Notes: generated by a model from the letters alone, not told the origin. A stretch of 64,000 bases of DNA from Chloroflexota bacterium (GCA_030744875.1 JASLPR010000047.1:914-64913), one strand, 5' to 3'; shown: positions 28,549 through 38,945, numbered from the stretch's first letter. A program made the numbers and translations.

Positions 28549-30012
28549 ATGAGCAGCAGCACAAACGGCCTCAGCCCCCGGCGATTCGACCAGCTCCTCG
28601 ACGCCCTGCGCGACGCCGCCGGCCGCGAGCACGTCCTCCACCACCCCCAGGATCTGCTGCTCTACGAATACGACGGCTCGGTCTCGCGGCGCATGCCCGA
28701 CGTCGTCGTGCTGCCCGAAACCGCCGAGCAGATCGCGGTGGTGGTCCGCATCGCTGGCCGGTACGACCTGCCTATCGTCGCCCGCGGCTCCGGCACCTCG
28801 CTCAGCGGCGCCGCCGTCCCCCGCGAAGGCGGCATCGTCGTCTCCACCTCGCGCATGAACCGCATCCTCGAAATGGACTTCCGCGACGCCCGCGCTATCG
28901 TCGAGCCCGGCGTGGTCAACCTCAATCTCACCCGCGCGGCGATGGCCGGCGGTTTCAACTACCTCCCCGACCCGTCCAGCGAGAAGGCCTGCTCCATCGG
29001 CGGCAACGTCGCCCTCAACGCCGGCGGCCCCCACACCATCGCTTGGGGCGTCACCACCAACCACGTCACCGGGCTTGAGTTCGTCACCGCCGACGGCCGC
29101 ATCGTCCGCACCGGCACCCTGGCTCCCGAGACCTCCGGCTACGACCTCACCGGCCTCCTCGTCGGTTCCGAAGGAACGCTGGGCATCGTCACCCGTATCG
29201 CGGTCCGCCTGGTTCATTTGCTGGAATCAGTCCGTACCATGCTGGTCGCCTTCGACACCGTCGATACGGCGTCCGCGGCCGTGTCCGAGATCATCGCCCG
29301 CGGCATCGTCCCCACTTCCCTCGAACTCATGGATCAGATCTGCGTCCGCGCCATCTCCAAGTGGATGCCCTCGGCCAATCTTCCTCAGGACGCCGACGCG
29401 ATCCTCATCATCGAAGTCGAAGGCGTCGAAGACGGCCTCGAGCAGACCGCCGCCGAAATCGCCGCCATCTGCACCGACTCCGGCCCCCTCGAAGTCCGCC
29501 GCGCCGCCACCGCTGCCGAGCGCGACAGCCTCTGGGCCGCCCGCAAAGGCACCTTTGGCGCCATCGGCGTCCTCGCCCCCAACTACTACGTCCAAGACGG
29601 CGTCGTGCCCCGCTCGCGCCTTCCCGAAGTCCTCCGCCAGGTCTACGAGATCGGTACGAAATACGGACTCGAAATCGCTAACGTCTTCCATGCCGGAGAC
29701 GGCAACATCCACCCCTTGATCCTCTTTGACGACGCCGAGCCCGGCGCCCTCGAGCGCGTCCACGCCGCAGGCACCGAGATCCTCCGGGTCTGCATCGCCG
29801 CCGGCGGCACCCTCACCGGCGAGCACGGGCTCGGCATGGAGAAGAACGAGCAATTGCCGGAGCTACTCGACCCCGCCGACATCGCCGCGATGATCGCGGT
29901 TCGCGACGTCTTCAGCCCCGCGCGCCTCTTCAACCCGTCCAAGATCTTCCCGCTCCCGCTCTCAGCCCGCCGGCCGGTCGCGGAGACCGCCGTGGCCGGC
30001 CCCACCGCTTGA
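28549..30012 (+). CDS. FAD-linked oxidase (glycolate oxidase GlcD-like); paralogue of 11609-12964
   Basis: VVLPETAEQIAVVVRIAGRYDLPIVARGSGTSLSGAAVP...GEHGLGMEKNE...FNPSKIFP. Confidence 0.8.
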   Translation: MSSSTNGLSPRRFDQLLDALRDAAGREHVLHHPQDLLLYEYDGSVSRRMPDVVVLPETAEQIAVVVRIAGRYDLPIVARGSGTSLSGAAVPREGGIVVSTSRMNRILEMDFRDARAIVEPGVVNLNLTRAAMAGGFNYLPDPSSEKACSIGGNVALNAGGPHTIAWGVTTNHVTGLEFVTADGRIVRTGTLAPETSGYDLTGLLVGSEGTLGIVTRIAVRLVHLLESVRTMLVAFDTVDTASAAVSEIIARGIVPTSLELMDQICVRAISKWMPSANLPQDADAILIIEVEGVEDGLEQTAAEIAAICTDSGPLEVRRAATAAERDSLWAARKGTFGAIGVLAPNYYVQDGVVPRSRLPEVLRQVYEIGTKYGLEIANVFHAGDGNIHPLILFDDAEPGALERVHAAGTEILRVCIAAGGTLTGEHGLGMEKNEQLPELLDPADIAAMIAVRDVFSPARLFNPSKIFPLPLSARRPVAETAVAGPTA

Positions 30013-30743
30013 GCGCTCGCCGGCCGCTCGCCGTCTTCCTCGCCGTCAGCCTCGCTCTCCCGCTGCTCGCCATTCTCATCGCCCGGCTCGTCACCCTCCA
30101 GGTCCCCGTCGCCGAAGTCGTCACCCCCGACTTCGAATTCGGCCCCCTCGAACCCGGCAGCGTCACCGCCCAGGGACTTGGCGACCTGGGCGTCACCGCC
30201 AGCGGCATCGCCGTTCCGGTCATCGTCCGTGAGGGCGGCGAGTCTGGCGTCGGCGTCCGCTTTCGTTTGCTGGGCGGCGACGGCGCGCTGATCCACGAAC
30301 AACTTCTCGACCTTGCTCCGGCCCGGCTCGCCGAGGACCGGTCCGACAAGGCCACTATCGAGCGCACCGCGCCCGCCGCCCCCTGGCACACCATCCGCTA
30401 CCGGTTCCCACCGCTGGAGACGCCGGTCCACGGCGCGATCCTCGAGATCGAAGCCGCCGATCTCGGCGACGCTCGCGTCTTCCTCGGCGCCACCAAGGAG
30501 GACACCCTGCCTGCCGGCCGGCTTTCCTATCAGGGTGCTGAGCTATACGCGGACCAGGACCTCAGGGTCGAGCCGCTCCGCACCGTGACGGTCTGGCGTG
30601 TCCTGGCCGAGCTCCGCCACAACGGCCCCACCGGGTTCGCCGCCGCCCTCGTCCTCGCCGTGACCGCCACCCTTCTCGTCGCTACCGCTTCCACCCGCCT
30701 GATCCCCGGGCCTCTCTCCAACCGGCCCACCACTTCCATCTAG
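30009..30743 (+). CDS. hypothetical membrane-anchored protein (N- and C-terminal TM helices)
   Basis: The TTG start overlaps the upstream TGA. It has a hydrophobic N-terminus LAVFLAVSLALPLLAILIA and C-terminal FAAALVLAVTATLLVATA. No family recognised. Confidence 0.4.
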   Translation: MSARRPLAVFLAVSLALPLLAILIARLVTLQVPVAEVVTPDFEFGPLEPGSVTAQGLGDLGVTASGIAVPVIVREGGESGVGVRFRLLGGDGALIHEQLLDLAPARLAEDRSDKATIERTAPAAPWHTIRYRFPPLETPVHGAILEIEAADLGDARVFLGATKEDTLPAGRLSYQGAELYADQDLRVEPLRTVTVWRVLAELRHNGPTGFAAALVLAVTATLLVATASTRLIPGPLSNRPTTSI

Positions 30744-30815
30744 CCCGGCCCCGTCACCTCGTTTCCATCCCACCCGCCCAATTCATCACCTGCGGTTGCC
30801 GTTGCCGTCTGGAGC

Positions 30816-31259
30816 TCAGTTATGCCCTCCGGCCACGCCACCGGCAATGCGAAGGTCGCCGACCATCCTGCCGCTGCCTGTCCGTGCGACGCGGCCGACC
30901 GCTATCAGGGAATCCTCGCTTTCCGCGCCGCTCGCTGTCCTCGAAAGAGTCACATCGACTATTTCCCCCGCCGGCGGTGCGCGAAATGACGACCAATCGC
31001 TCGAATTCGTCGTCGGGCCTTCCGGGCCGGTTTCGGGCATAAAGTCATACAGACCTTTTCCGGTCCGGGTCAGATGCCCGTTTCGCCGGATGATCCCGCC
31101 GACCGGCCCGCCGAAGAGCCGCTTGATGCCCTTCCCGGCCAGTCCAGTTGTCCCGTCGCCGCCATTTCGGGACCGCCCGACGACCGCCTCCGGGCCTCGT
31201 CCGCAAAGGCTAGGAGTTCGGATCGTCTGATTGGCCGCCAAGGTGTGCCTGTATAGCAT
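30816..31259 (-). other. unassigned ORF, possibly a degraded YqeB/XdhC-like accessory gene remnant
   Basis: 147-aa ORF overlapping the 3' end of the MocA-like gene. From memory, it weakly resembles selenium-dependent Mo-hydroxylase accessory proteins (RNGGDGTTGLA..., ...FRAPPAGEIV...). The match is far too short and degenerate to call. Confidence 0.2.
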
Positions 31260-31824
31260 CAGTATATTGAGAGCGCGTATTGAGGGAGAGCAAACTATAG
31301 ATATCAGGCGTTACAATAGGAATATGGCGATCGGGGGCTCGATGCATGATCCCCTTCAACCCCTCCGATTCCTCCTCAATCCGCGATAATTCGCCAAAAA
31401 GTGACCGCCGAATCAGCACCGGGTGCCCCCGCCGGCCCTCAAACACCGGCACCAGGATCGGCGCCTCCTGGTTCTTCACCGCCCCGCCCAGCAGATCCCC
31501 CAGCAGACCCCGCGACAGCGGTTGGTCCACGTTCACGATCAATATCGAGGCCATATCGCCAAGGATTTGGGCCCCAAAACGGATCGAAGAGCTCCTTCCA
31601 GATGGGTAATGCGCGTTGTAGGCAACATGAGCGTCAGGCAGTACCGGCATGGCTGCGCTGATCTCCGCCTCATCGTGGCCCAGCATCACCAACAAATCGG
31701 CAAACGGCAGTTCCCCCAGCAGCCGCAACTGGTGCGCCAGCAGCGAACGACCGCCCCAGTCCAGCAGCGCCTTCGGGCTCCCCATCCGGGTCGACGTCCC
31801 CGCCGCCAAGACCAGCGCTCCCAT
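31210..31824 (-). CDS. MobA/MocA-like nucleotidyltransferase (molybdenum cofactor cytidylyl/guanylyl-transferase family)
   Basis: MGALVLAAGTSTRMGSPKALLDWGGRSLL...VNVDQPL...GRRGHPVLI. ATG 31824 is preferred; the ORF extends to 31971. Confidence 0.7.
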   Translation of the reverse strand: MGALVLAAGTSTRMGSPKALLDWGGRSLLAHQLRLLGELPFADLLVMLGHDEAEISAAMPVLPDAHVAYNAHYPSGRSSSIRFGAQILGDMASILIVNVDQPLSRGLLGDLLGGAVKNQEAPILVPVFEGRRGHPVLIRRSLFGELSRIEEESEGLKGIMHRAPDRHIPIVTPDIYSLLSLNTRSQYTDAIQAHLGGQSDDPNS

Positions 31825-32056
31825 CCGCTCCACATACGCCAGGTGATCCAAAATGGCCCGCGAGTACCCTGCCCGGTCACCGCCGGGGTCACCGGTCAAA
31901 GCGCGGCCGTCGGAAGTAGCGTCAGAGACCGGGAATCCCTCACCAATCGTCCTTGACAGCATCCCCGCCACAGGGTTGCGGCAGAACGACTATAGGAGTA
32001 GACAATGGAAACAGAAAAGCCAATATCGCGGCAATGCCATTCGGAAGCACCCCCCA

Positions 32057-33136
32057 TCACATCACCAACGAACCTATCCCCGCCAGCACCCGGGCCCGCC
32101 TGCCCGCATACGCCCCCAGCATCGCTCGCGTAATCGTCGTGCGGTTGTCCGGATCGCCGCTCGACCAGTGACGATAGGAGTACGAATCGCTCGCTAGGTC
32201 GATCCGCAGCGGCGGCGGCGCCGGCCTTCCCTCGCCCACCGGGAACGCCGGATCGTAGACTGCGACCTCGGCGATGCCATCCGGCGTTATTCGGTAAGTG
32301 TGTGGTACTACGGTGTGGCCCTGGCCCACCACCGCCGACAGGAAGTCCCGCCGCCACAGCACCGGCACCCCGACATGCAGCGCCAGCGGTTGCCGTCCCG
32401 GGTCCAGCGTCGCCCGCCGCAGGGCATCGAAGACCCGCCGCGGGCTGTTGCGCAGCAGATCCAGCCCCGCCCTGGTTAGCGCCGCATCGCCCAATTGGCG
32501 CCCGTGCAGCGTCTGGATCAACACTCGCGTCTCCGTATCCAACGCCCCGCGTTCCGCTGCCGGCGGCTCATCTTGCGCAAACAGTTGCAGCGCCGCCATC
32601 GCCATCCCGGTGCACAGGCCCGCCCCGAAGATCGACGCGTAGGTCCGGTGAAACAGCCGTTCCGCCAGCGGCCCCCGCCAGCCTCCTGCGAACGACCGGG
32701 TAAAAACCGGCCTTGGCGGGCGTATCGTCCCGAACACCTCCGTCGAATTCGAAAAACTGAAGCCGTCCCGGGCCGGATCAAACCCGGTCGCCCCGTGCAC
32801 CGTCGTCACCACCATCCGCCGCGTCGACGCCAGCGGGCCGGTCGGCCCCAGCAGCCGCACCCGGTAATTCAATCTTTCTGGCGCTGCCCGCGGGTCGAGC
32901 CGTACCTCCCACGAGGCCGGCGTTCCGTCCAGCGCCGCGCGGTCCGGCCGTTGCCCCTCCGCCAGGTACATTCCAGCCGGCAACTCCAGGTCCAGTTGAC
33001 TCCCCGACGGGCAATTCCGCGCCGTCGCCGTTACCACGATCGGGTCCACCAGCGGCTCCCGATCCGTCGCCACCGGCGCATCGCGCAGCCCCGCCTCCCT
33101 CTCCAGCAGGTTGTCGCCCACCTCCAGTTCCGCCAT
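32057..33136 (-). CDS. hypothetical protein with putative Cys/His catalytic pair
   Basis: ATG at 33136 (MAELEVGDNLL...). A beta-rich N-terminal ~110 aa is followed by DGFSFSNS...FGAGLCTGMAMAALQLF (Cys ~175) and GQGHTVVPHTY (His ~274). No family recognised. Confidence 0.5.
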   Translation of the reverse strand: MAELEVGDNLLEREAGLRDAPVATDREPLVDPIVVTATARNCPSGSQLDLELPAGMYLAEGQRPDRAALDGTPASWEVRLDPRAAPERLNYRVRLLGPTGPLASTRRMVVTTVHGATGFDPARDGFSFSNSTEVFGTIRPPRPVFTRSFAGGWRGPLAERLFHRTYASIFGAGLCTGMAMAALQLFAQDEPPAAERGALDTETRVLIQTLHGRQLGDAALTRAGLDLLRNSPRRVFDALRRATLDPGRQPLALHVGVPVLWRRDFLSAVVGQGHTVVPHTYRITPDGIAEVAVYDPAFPVGEGRPAPPPLRIDLASDSYSYRHWSSGDPDNRTTITRAMLGAYAGRRARVLAGIGSLVM

Positions 33137-33219
33137 GCGCCCCCGTATCCCCGGCCGCAACGATCTCGCCGGAAGTCTAGCCCACCCGCGGGGCCTCGCC
33201 ACGGCCCAATCCGGACTCC

Positions 33220-34365
33220 CTAACCGTTGATCAGCGGATCCTTCAAACCGCTCCCGGTCACCGGCACCAGCACCTTTTGCCCCTCCCCGATCGCCCCCTC
33301 CCGCCGCAGTCGGGCCGCGGCTGCAAAGGCCACCGCCGTCGTCGGCTCCACATACAGACCTTCCATTCGCGCCAGGCTCATGGCCGCCTCGCGAATCTCT
33401 GCCTCACTCACCGTCGTCGCCGTCCCGCCGCTGTCGTGCAACGCCTCCAATATTTCTGCCATCCGCGGCGGTTGCGCCACCGCCACCCCGCCCGCCAGCG
33501 TCGCGCTCCACTCCGGCGCATCCTCCATCACTCTGTGATTGTGCGCGTAGACGATCGGCGCGCAGTTCTCCGCCTGGGCCGCGTGCAGACGCGGCGACCG
33601 CGCCGGCGCCGACAATTCCGCCAGGTCCGCGAACCCGCGCGCCGCTCCGAGCAGCAGGCTGCCGTTGCCCACCGGGAACACGATGTGATCCGGCAGGTCG
33701 TCCGCCGAAAACTCATACAGCTCATAGGCAAAAGTCTTTAAACTCTCCGGAAAGTATGGAGACAGGTTGTGGGATGCGTAGACCGTATCCGCGTCCAGCG
33801 CCGCCAGCGCCGCCTCCGTCACCTCTTCCCGCGTCCCCTCCACTGGCACGATTTCCGCCCCGTAGGCTGCGATCTGGGCCAGCTTGCTGGCCGGCGCCGA
33901 CGCCGGCACAAACACCCGCGTCGCGATCCCCGCCCGCGCCGCGTAGGCTGCTACCGCCGCCCCGGCGTTCCCCGACGAGTCCTCGATCACCCGTTCCACC
34001 CCCGCCGCCCGCAGCGCCGTCAACAACAGCGTCGTGCCGCGGTCCTTGAATGAACCGGTCGGCCCCAGGTGTTCCAACTTCGCCCGCAGCTCCGGCAACC
34101 CGTGCTCCGCTCCCCAGCGGTCCAGTCGCACCACCGGCGTCCCCCCCTCCCCCAGCGTCACCGGATCCGTTTGCTCCTCCACCGGCAGCAGCCGTCGGTA
34201 CCGCCACACGCCCTGTTCATGCGGGTCAATCGAGTTCGGGAAGCTCGTATCCGCGTTCGGCATCCCGTCCACAAACCGAAACGGCGCGCCGCACCAGGGG
34301 CAGTCATACACCCGCACATCCACCGGCTCCGTGTGGTCGCAGCCCGTACATACCATCTGCAGCAT
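33220..34365 (-). CDS. thrC: threonine synthase-like PLP enzyme with N-terminal Zn-ribbon
   Basis: MLQMVCTGCDHTEPVDVRVYDCPWCGAPF (CxxC...CxxC), a PLP-Lys motif GPTGSFKDRG, and EDSSGNAG...FPVGNGS. The start lies 4 nt after the proS stop. Confidence 0.8.
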   Translation of the reverse strand: MLQMVCTGCDHTEPVDVRVYDCPWCGAPFRFVDGMPNADTSFPNSIDPHEQGVWRYRRLLPVEEQTDPVTLGEGGTPVVRLDRWGAEHGLPELRAKLEHLGPTGSFKDRGTTLLLTALRAAGVERVIEDSSGNAGAAVAAYAARAGIATRVFVPASAPASKLAQIAAYGAEIVPVEGTREEVTEAALAALDADTVYASHNLSPYFPESLKTFAYELYEFSADDLPDHIVFPVGNGSLLLGAARGFADLAELSAPARSPRLHAAQAENCAPIVYAHNHRVMEDAPEWSATLAGGVAVAQPPRMAEILEALHDSGGTATTVSEAEIREAAMSLARMEGLYVEPTTAVAFAAAARLRREGAIGEGQKVLVPVTGSGLKDPLING

Positions 34366-34369
34366 CCGC

Positions 34370-36160
34370 CTAGCCCTCTGCCTCCCCGTCGGCAGCTCCC
34401 GCGGCGACCTCACCGGCCGCGTCCCACAAAGGCCGTTCCGGGTCGATCGCCGCCAGCAGCTCCGTCCGCAGAGCCGCGATCCGTTCCGCCGCCGCCGCGA
34501 CCGGCACCGTCGTCGCCTCGCGGTCCCCGCGCAGCTTGATCTCGATCTCACCGTTTTTCAGTCCGCGGTTGCTCACTGTCGCCCGCATCGTTGTACCGAG
34601 GAGGTCCGCGTCATTGAACTTCACCCCCGCCGATTCCTTCCGGTCATCGCGCAGCACCGCCAGTCCTTGCGCCACCAGCCCCGCCTGCAGGTCCGCCGCC
34701 GCCGTTTCGATCTCTTCCTTATCGCCCAGCTGCACGATCTGCACGTCATACGGGCTTACGCTCATCGGGAAGACGATGCCGTGTTCATCGTGGTGCCGTT
34801 CCACCACGCAGGCGAACAGCCGGCCGATCCCGATCCCGTAGCTCGCCATGATCAGCGCCTGCTGCTGGCCATCCTGGTCCAGGTAGGTCGCTCCCAGCTT
34901 CTCCGCGTAGCCGGTCCCTAGCTGGAAGATATTGCCCATCTCGATCCCGCGCGCCTCGTGCAGCGGCTCGCCGCAATCCGGGCAGGCGTCGCCGGTCCGC
35001 ACCAACCCGATATCGGCCACCTCCGCCTGGAAATCCCGGCCCAGGTTCACGTTCCGCAGGTGAAACCCCTCCCGGTTCGCTCCGCCCACCAGGTTCCTCG
35101 CCGCCGCCACCGATCGATCCGCCACCACCTGCAGTCCCTCCACACCCATCGGCGACGCGTACCCCGGCACCAGCCCGGCGCCGCGCAACTCCGCCTCTGT
35201 CGACGCCATCAGTTCCGCCGTTCCCAGCACCCCCTGCAGCTTCGCCTCATTCACCTCCAGGTCGCCGCGAATCGCCACGAACACCACCTTGTCGTCCACG
35301 GTGTAGAACACGGCCTTCAACGTCTCCCGGGATTCGACTCCGAGGAACCCGGCCACCCCCTCGATCGTCGTTTGGTTGGGTGTCGCCACCTCCTCCAGAT
35401 CCGCCATCTTTGCCCCGTCCGCGTCCGGCGCCCGGCACGTTGCCACCTCCCGATTTGCCGCCTCGCCGCAACTCGCGCAGACCAGAATCGTGTCCTCGCC
35501 GGCCGGCGTCACCAGCATGAACTCGTGCGCCCCGCTCCCGCCCATCATCCCGGTACTCGACCGCACCACCAGCGCCTCCAGGCCGCAGCGGCGGTAGATA
35601 CGGACATAGGCCTCCTTCATCCGCTCGTAGAACTCCGCCAGGTCGGCCTCGCTCGTATGACAGCTATAGGCGTCCTTCATCACAAACTCGCGCACCCGAA
35701 TCAACCCGGCCCGCGAACGGGGCTCATCGCGAAACTTGGTGTGAATCTGATAGATCATGAACGGCAGGTCGCGGTACGAATGCACGTGCTGGCGGGCGAT
35801 ATCGGCCACCACTTCTTCGTGGGTCATCGCCAGGACCATGTCGTGGCCCTCGCGGTCGGTAAAGCGCGCCATCTCCGGGCCCACCGAATGCCAGCGCCCG
35901 CTTTGCTTCCACACATCCGCCGGGTGCACCACCGGCAGGGCCACCTGCTGCCCGTCCACCCGGTCCATCTCCTCGGCGACGATGGATTCGATCCGGTCCA
36001 TCGCGCGGAAGGCCAGCGGCAGGTGGCTATAGATCCCGGCCCCGAGTTGATGAATCATCCCTGCTCGCAGCATCAACCCGTGGCTGGCCGTCGTCGCCCC
36101 CGTCGGATCCTCGCGCAGGGTCCGCCCAAACAGCCGCGACATCAGCATATCGATCAACAT
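34370..36160 (-). CDS. proS: prolyl-tRNA synthetase (bacterial type with INS editing domain)
   Basis: MSRLFGRTLREDP...LMLRAGMIHQLGAGIYSHLPL...FRDEPRSRAGLIRVREF. An alternative ATG lies at 36142. Confidence 0.95.
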   Translation of the reverse strand: MLIDMLMSRLFGRTLREDPTGATTASHGLMLRAGMIHQLGAGIYSHLPLAFRAMDRIESIVAEEMDRVDGQQVALPVVHPADVWKQSGRWHSVGPEMARFTDREGHDMVLAMTHEEVVADIARQHVHSYRDLPFMIYQIHTKFRDEPRSRAGLIRVREFVMKDAYSCHTSEADLAEFYERMKEAYVRIYRRCGLEALVVRSSTGMMGGSGAHEFMLVTPAGEDTILVCASCGEAANREVATCRAPDADGAKMADLEEVATPNQTTIEGVAGFLGVESRETLKAVFYTVDDKVVFVAIRGDLEVNEAKLQGVLGTAELMASTEAELRGAGLVPGYASPMGVEGLQVVADRSVAAARNLVGGANREGFHLRNVNLGRDFQAEVADIGLVRTGDACPDCGEPLHEARGIEMGNIFQLGTGYAEKLGATYLDQDGQQQALIMASYGIGIGRLFACVVERHHDEHGIVFPMSVSPYDVQIVQLGDKEEIETAAADLQAGLVAQGLAVLRDDRKESAGVKFNDADLLGTTMRATVSNRGLKNGEIEIKLRGDREATTVPVAAAAERIAALRTELLAAIDPERPLWDAAGEVAAGAADGEAEG

Positions 36161-36290
36161 CCTTGCCAGTCTTTGGAGCCGCCGGATTATACGGTCTCTT
36201 CCCGCCGGCCCCTCGGCCGTGCACTATATTCAGACCCGGTACATGGGGAGGTATGACCGGGGTTACGCCCCGGCGCGAGGGAAACGCCGC

Positions 36291-38012
36291 ATGCGCGATC
36301 CACGCCGCTACCTGCTCATGCTCGTCGGCACGGCCGCGCTCGCGGTCCTCGGCACGGCGCTCGTCGCCATCGACCCGGCCGGTTGGGGCCGCGTCGTCGG
36401 CTCCGCAATCCTGTTTGGCGGCGCGGTCCTGCTGGCGCTCGAGTTGCTCACCGTCACCATCCAGCGCAACCGCCGCCACCGCCACGCCACCGACGTCGAC
36501 GACCTCTCGACAGTGCCTGGGGGCTCGACATGGTCCTCGAAAAGGGCGTCGTCGCCCTCGTCCAGCTGCTCGGCGCGCAGGCCGGCCTCGCCGTCATCCG
36601 CGACAACTCCGAAACCGAATTCGACTTCCAGTCCGCCTGGGGATTTGGCCGCGACATCTTCGAAGACCGTCCCGGCGACCTGATGGGCTATGACGTGCTC
36701 ACCACCATCATCGAGAGCCGTCATCCCGCCTACGTCGATCTTCGTGAAGATCGTTTCCAGTCCACCGCCCTCCGCCAGACTGGCATGCGCTGGGCCTGGA
36801 TCGCCCCCTTCCGCGCCGGCAGCTCGACGGCGCGCTCCCCGCCGCCTCCATGAGTGGCGCCCCACCCGCCACGTCTTCTCCGTCCTCGACTCCATTGGCG
36901 ACGTCGTCGGCCGCGCCGCTGAGAACGCCAACCTCATTACCCGCGAGCGCGCTCGCGCCCGCCTGCTCATGCACTTGGCCGACTTCGGCAACTTCGCCGT
37001 CTCGTCCTACGAAGAAGACCATCTCCGCAAGGCCGCCACCGTCGCCGCCGCGGCCATGTTTCCCCGCGGCTCCGGCTACATAACCGCCCTCGAACCCGGC
37101 TCCGGCGCGCTCAAGGTCGCCGACATCTTCGGCGCCAGCACCCGCCGGGACCGGCTCACCCCGCTCCTCGGACAGGTCGAATGCGACACCGCCGCCGCTT
37201 GCCGCGCCATCAGTCGCGGCGGCGCCTACGAAGGCGTCGGCGACGGCGGCCTTTTCGACTGCCCCCATCGCGGCACCCGCGAAGCCGCCGAGGCCTTCAT
37301 CTGCGCTCCGATCAACAGCAGCGACGGCCCGCTCGGCGCGATCCACGTCACCCGTTCCACCGGCGCCGACTTCGAAGCCGAGGAAAAGGAGATCGTCGAA
37401 GCCCTCGGCATCCAACTCGGCCTCGCCATCGCCAACGGCAACCTGCTGGCCATGACTCGAGACCAGGCCCTCCGCGACTCCATGACCGGGCTGCACAACT
37501 ACCGCTTCCTCATCGAGTACCTCAACAACCAGGCCGCCCTGATCCAGCGCACCAACGGCCGCATGTCGGTGCTGATGATCGACATCGACCACTTCCGCGA
37601 CTTCAACAACAAGTTCGGCCACGCCGCCGGCGACCACGTCCTCCGCGCCGTCGCCCGCATCTTCCGCAAGTGCATCCGCCGCAGCGACCTTGCCGCCCGC
37701 GACGGCGGCGAAGAGTTCACCGTGGTCCTCCCCGGTACCGACCTCGAGGGCGCCCGCCACGTCGCCGAGGGCATCCGCCGCGACGTCGAGCGTGACCAGC
37801 TTGAGTTTGACGGCCGCGACCTCGGCGAGATCAACGTTTCGGTCGGCGTCGTCGCGATGCCCGATCATGCCGCCGCCATCGAATCGCTGCTCTAGGCCGC
37901 CGACGAGGCCCTCTGCGCCGCCAAATCGGCCGGCCGCAACCGGGTCATCGCCGCCGATTCAGTCCCGCCGCCGCCCGCCGGCGGCGCCACGAGTCAGGAC
38001 CAGCCCGCCTAA
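36291..38012 (+). pseudogene. membrane-anchored GAF-GAF-GGDEF diguanylate cyclase, multiply disrupted
   Basis: The TM N-terminus (frame 0 from ATG 36291) switches to the GAF text LDMVLEKGVVALVQLLGAQAGLAVIRD (frame 2) at a GGGGG run (36519-36523). It returns to frame 0 between ~36815 and 36850. The GGDEF domain (RDGGEEFTVVLPG) ends ...IESLL-TAG(37893-37895)-AADEALCAAKSAGRNRVIA and finishes at TAA 38010-38012. Confidence 0.75.
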
Positions 38013-38169
38013 CGGCCCACGGCCGCCTTTCCGCGGCTCCGCCGGGGGCTACTGCTGCTGGCGTACCGCGCCGTGAAGGGCGCCTGCGTCGCAGGGCGTG
38101 ATTAACGGCCCGCGGCAGCAACGACCCCCGCCACCCAACGACCCAGACAACATCGGCCCGAGGCCGTGC

Positions 38170-38892
38170 TTAGATCTGGTAGTCCCCCGGGTTCTCCATC
38201 GACTCCAGCGGCATGTCGTACACCCGCACCCCTTTCCGCACCACGTACCGCGCCGGCCGGCCCACCACCACCGACTGCGGTGGCACATCCTCGATCACCA
38301 GCGCCTGCGCCCCGATCTTCGAATCCGCCCCGATCGTCACCGGACCCAGTATTGTCGCGCCGGTTCCGATCGTCACGCAATTCTCCAGCCGCGGGTGCCG
38401 GCGTTTGCCCGGGTTATTGATATCTTTCCACCAGCCCGTCGCTCCGAGGGTCACCTGGTGATAGAGCATCACGTCATCGCCGACTTCAGCCGTTTCCCCG
38501 ATCACGATTCCCGAGCCGTGATCGATAAAGAACCGCCGCCCGATCGTCGCTCCCGGGTGGATCTCGATGCCGCCCGTGATCACCCGGCCAAACTGCGAAA
38601 TCAGCCTAGGCAGAAACGGGACCTCGCGCATGTAGAGCCAGTGCGCCAGGCGGTGCAGGAGAACGGCGTGCAGCCCCTGGTACAGCAGCACCTCGAACAC
38701 GGTGTGCGCCGCCGGGTCCTTGTCGAAGACCACCTGGATGTCATCCGGCCAGGCGGTCCCCCAGGGCGTCCGCCGGCGCGGCGGCGCCTCAGGCGCCTTT
38801 GTCGCTTCCGGCGCGTCCGGCGGCCGCGCGCTCCCGTTGCCGCCGTTCACGGCCGCCTCGTCCTCGCACTTCGGTTCCGACCTCACGGCCAT
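38170..38892 (-). CDS. cysE: serine O-acetyltransferase
   Basis: [22 protein letters not shown]...[43 protein letters not shown] hexapeptide repeats. Confidence 0.9.
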   Translation of the reverse strand: MAVRSEPKCEDEAAVNGGNGSARPPDAPEATKAPEAPPRRRTPWGTAWPDDIQVVFDKDPAAHTVFEVLLYQGLHAVLLHRLAHWLYMREVPFLPRLISQFGRVITGGIEIHPGATIGRRFFIDHGSGIVIGETAEVGDDVMLYHQVTLGATGWWKDINNPGKRRHPRLENCVTIGTGATILGPVTIGADSKIGAQALVIEDVPPQSVVVGRPARYVVRKGVRVYDMPLESMENPGDYQI

Positions 38893-38923
38893 CGCTGCAA
38901 ACCCATTTCTCTATTACATACAG

Positions 38924-38945
38924 AACCCGTCCCAAAGGACGGGTT
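38924..38945 (-). promoter_or_regulatory. perfect 9-bp hairpin (AACCCGTCC-nnnn-GGACGGGTT) 30 nt upstream of the cysE start; possible attenuator/terminator
   Basis: On the minus strand the hairpin is followed by CTGTATGTAATAG (moderately U-rich). Confidence 0.35.
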
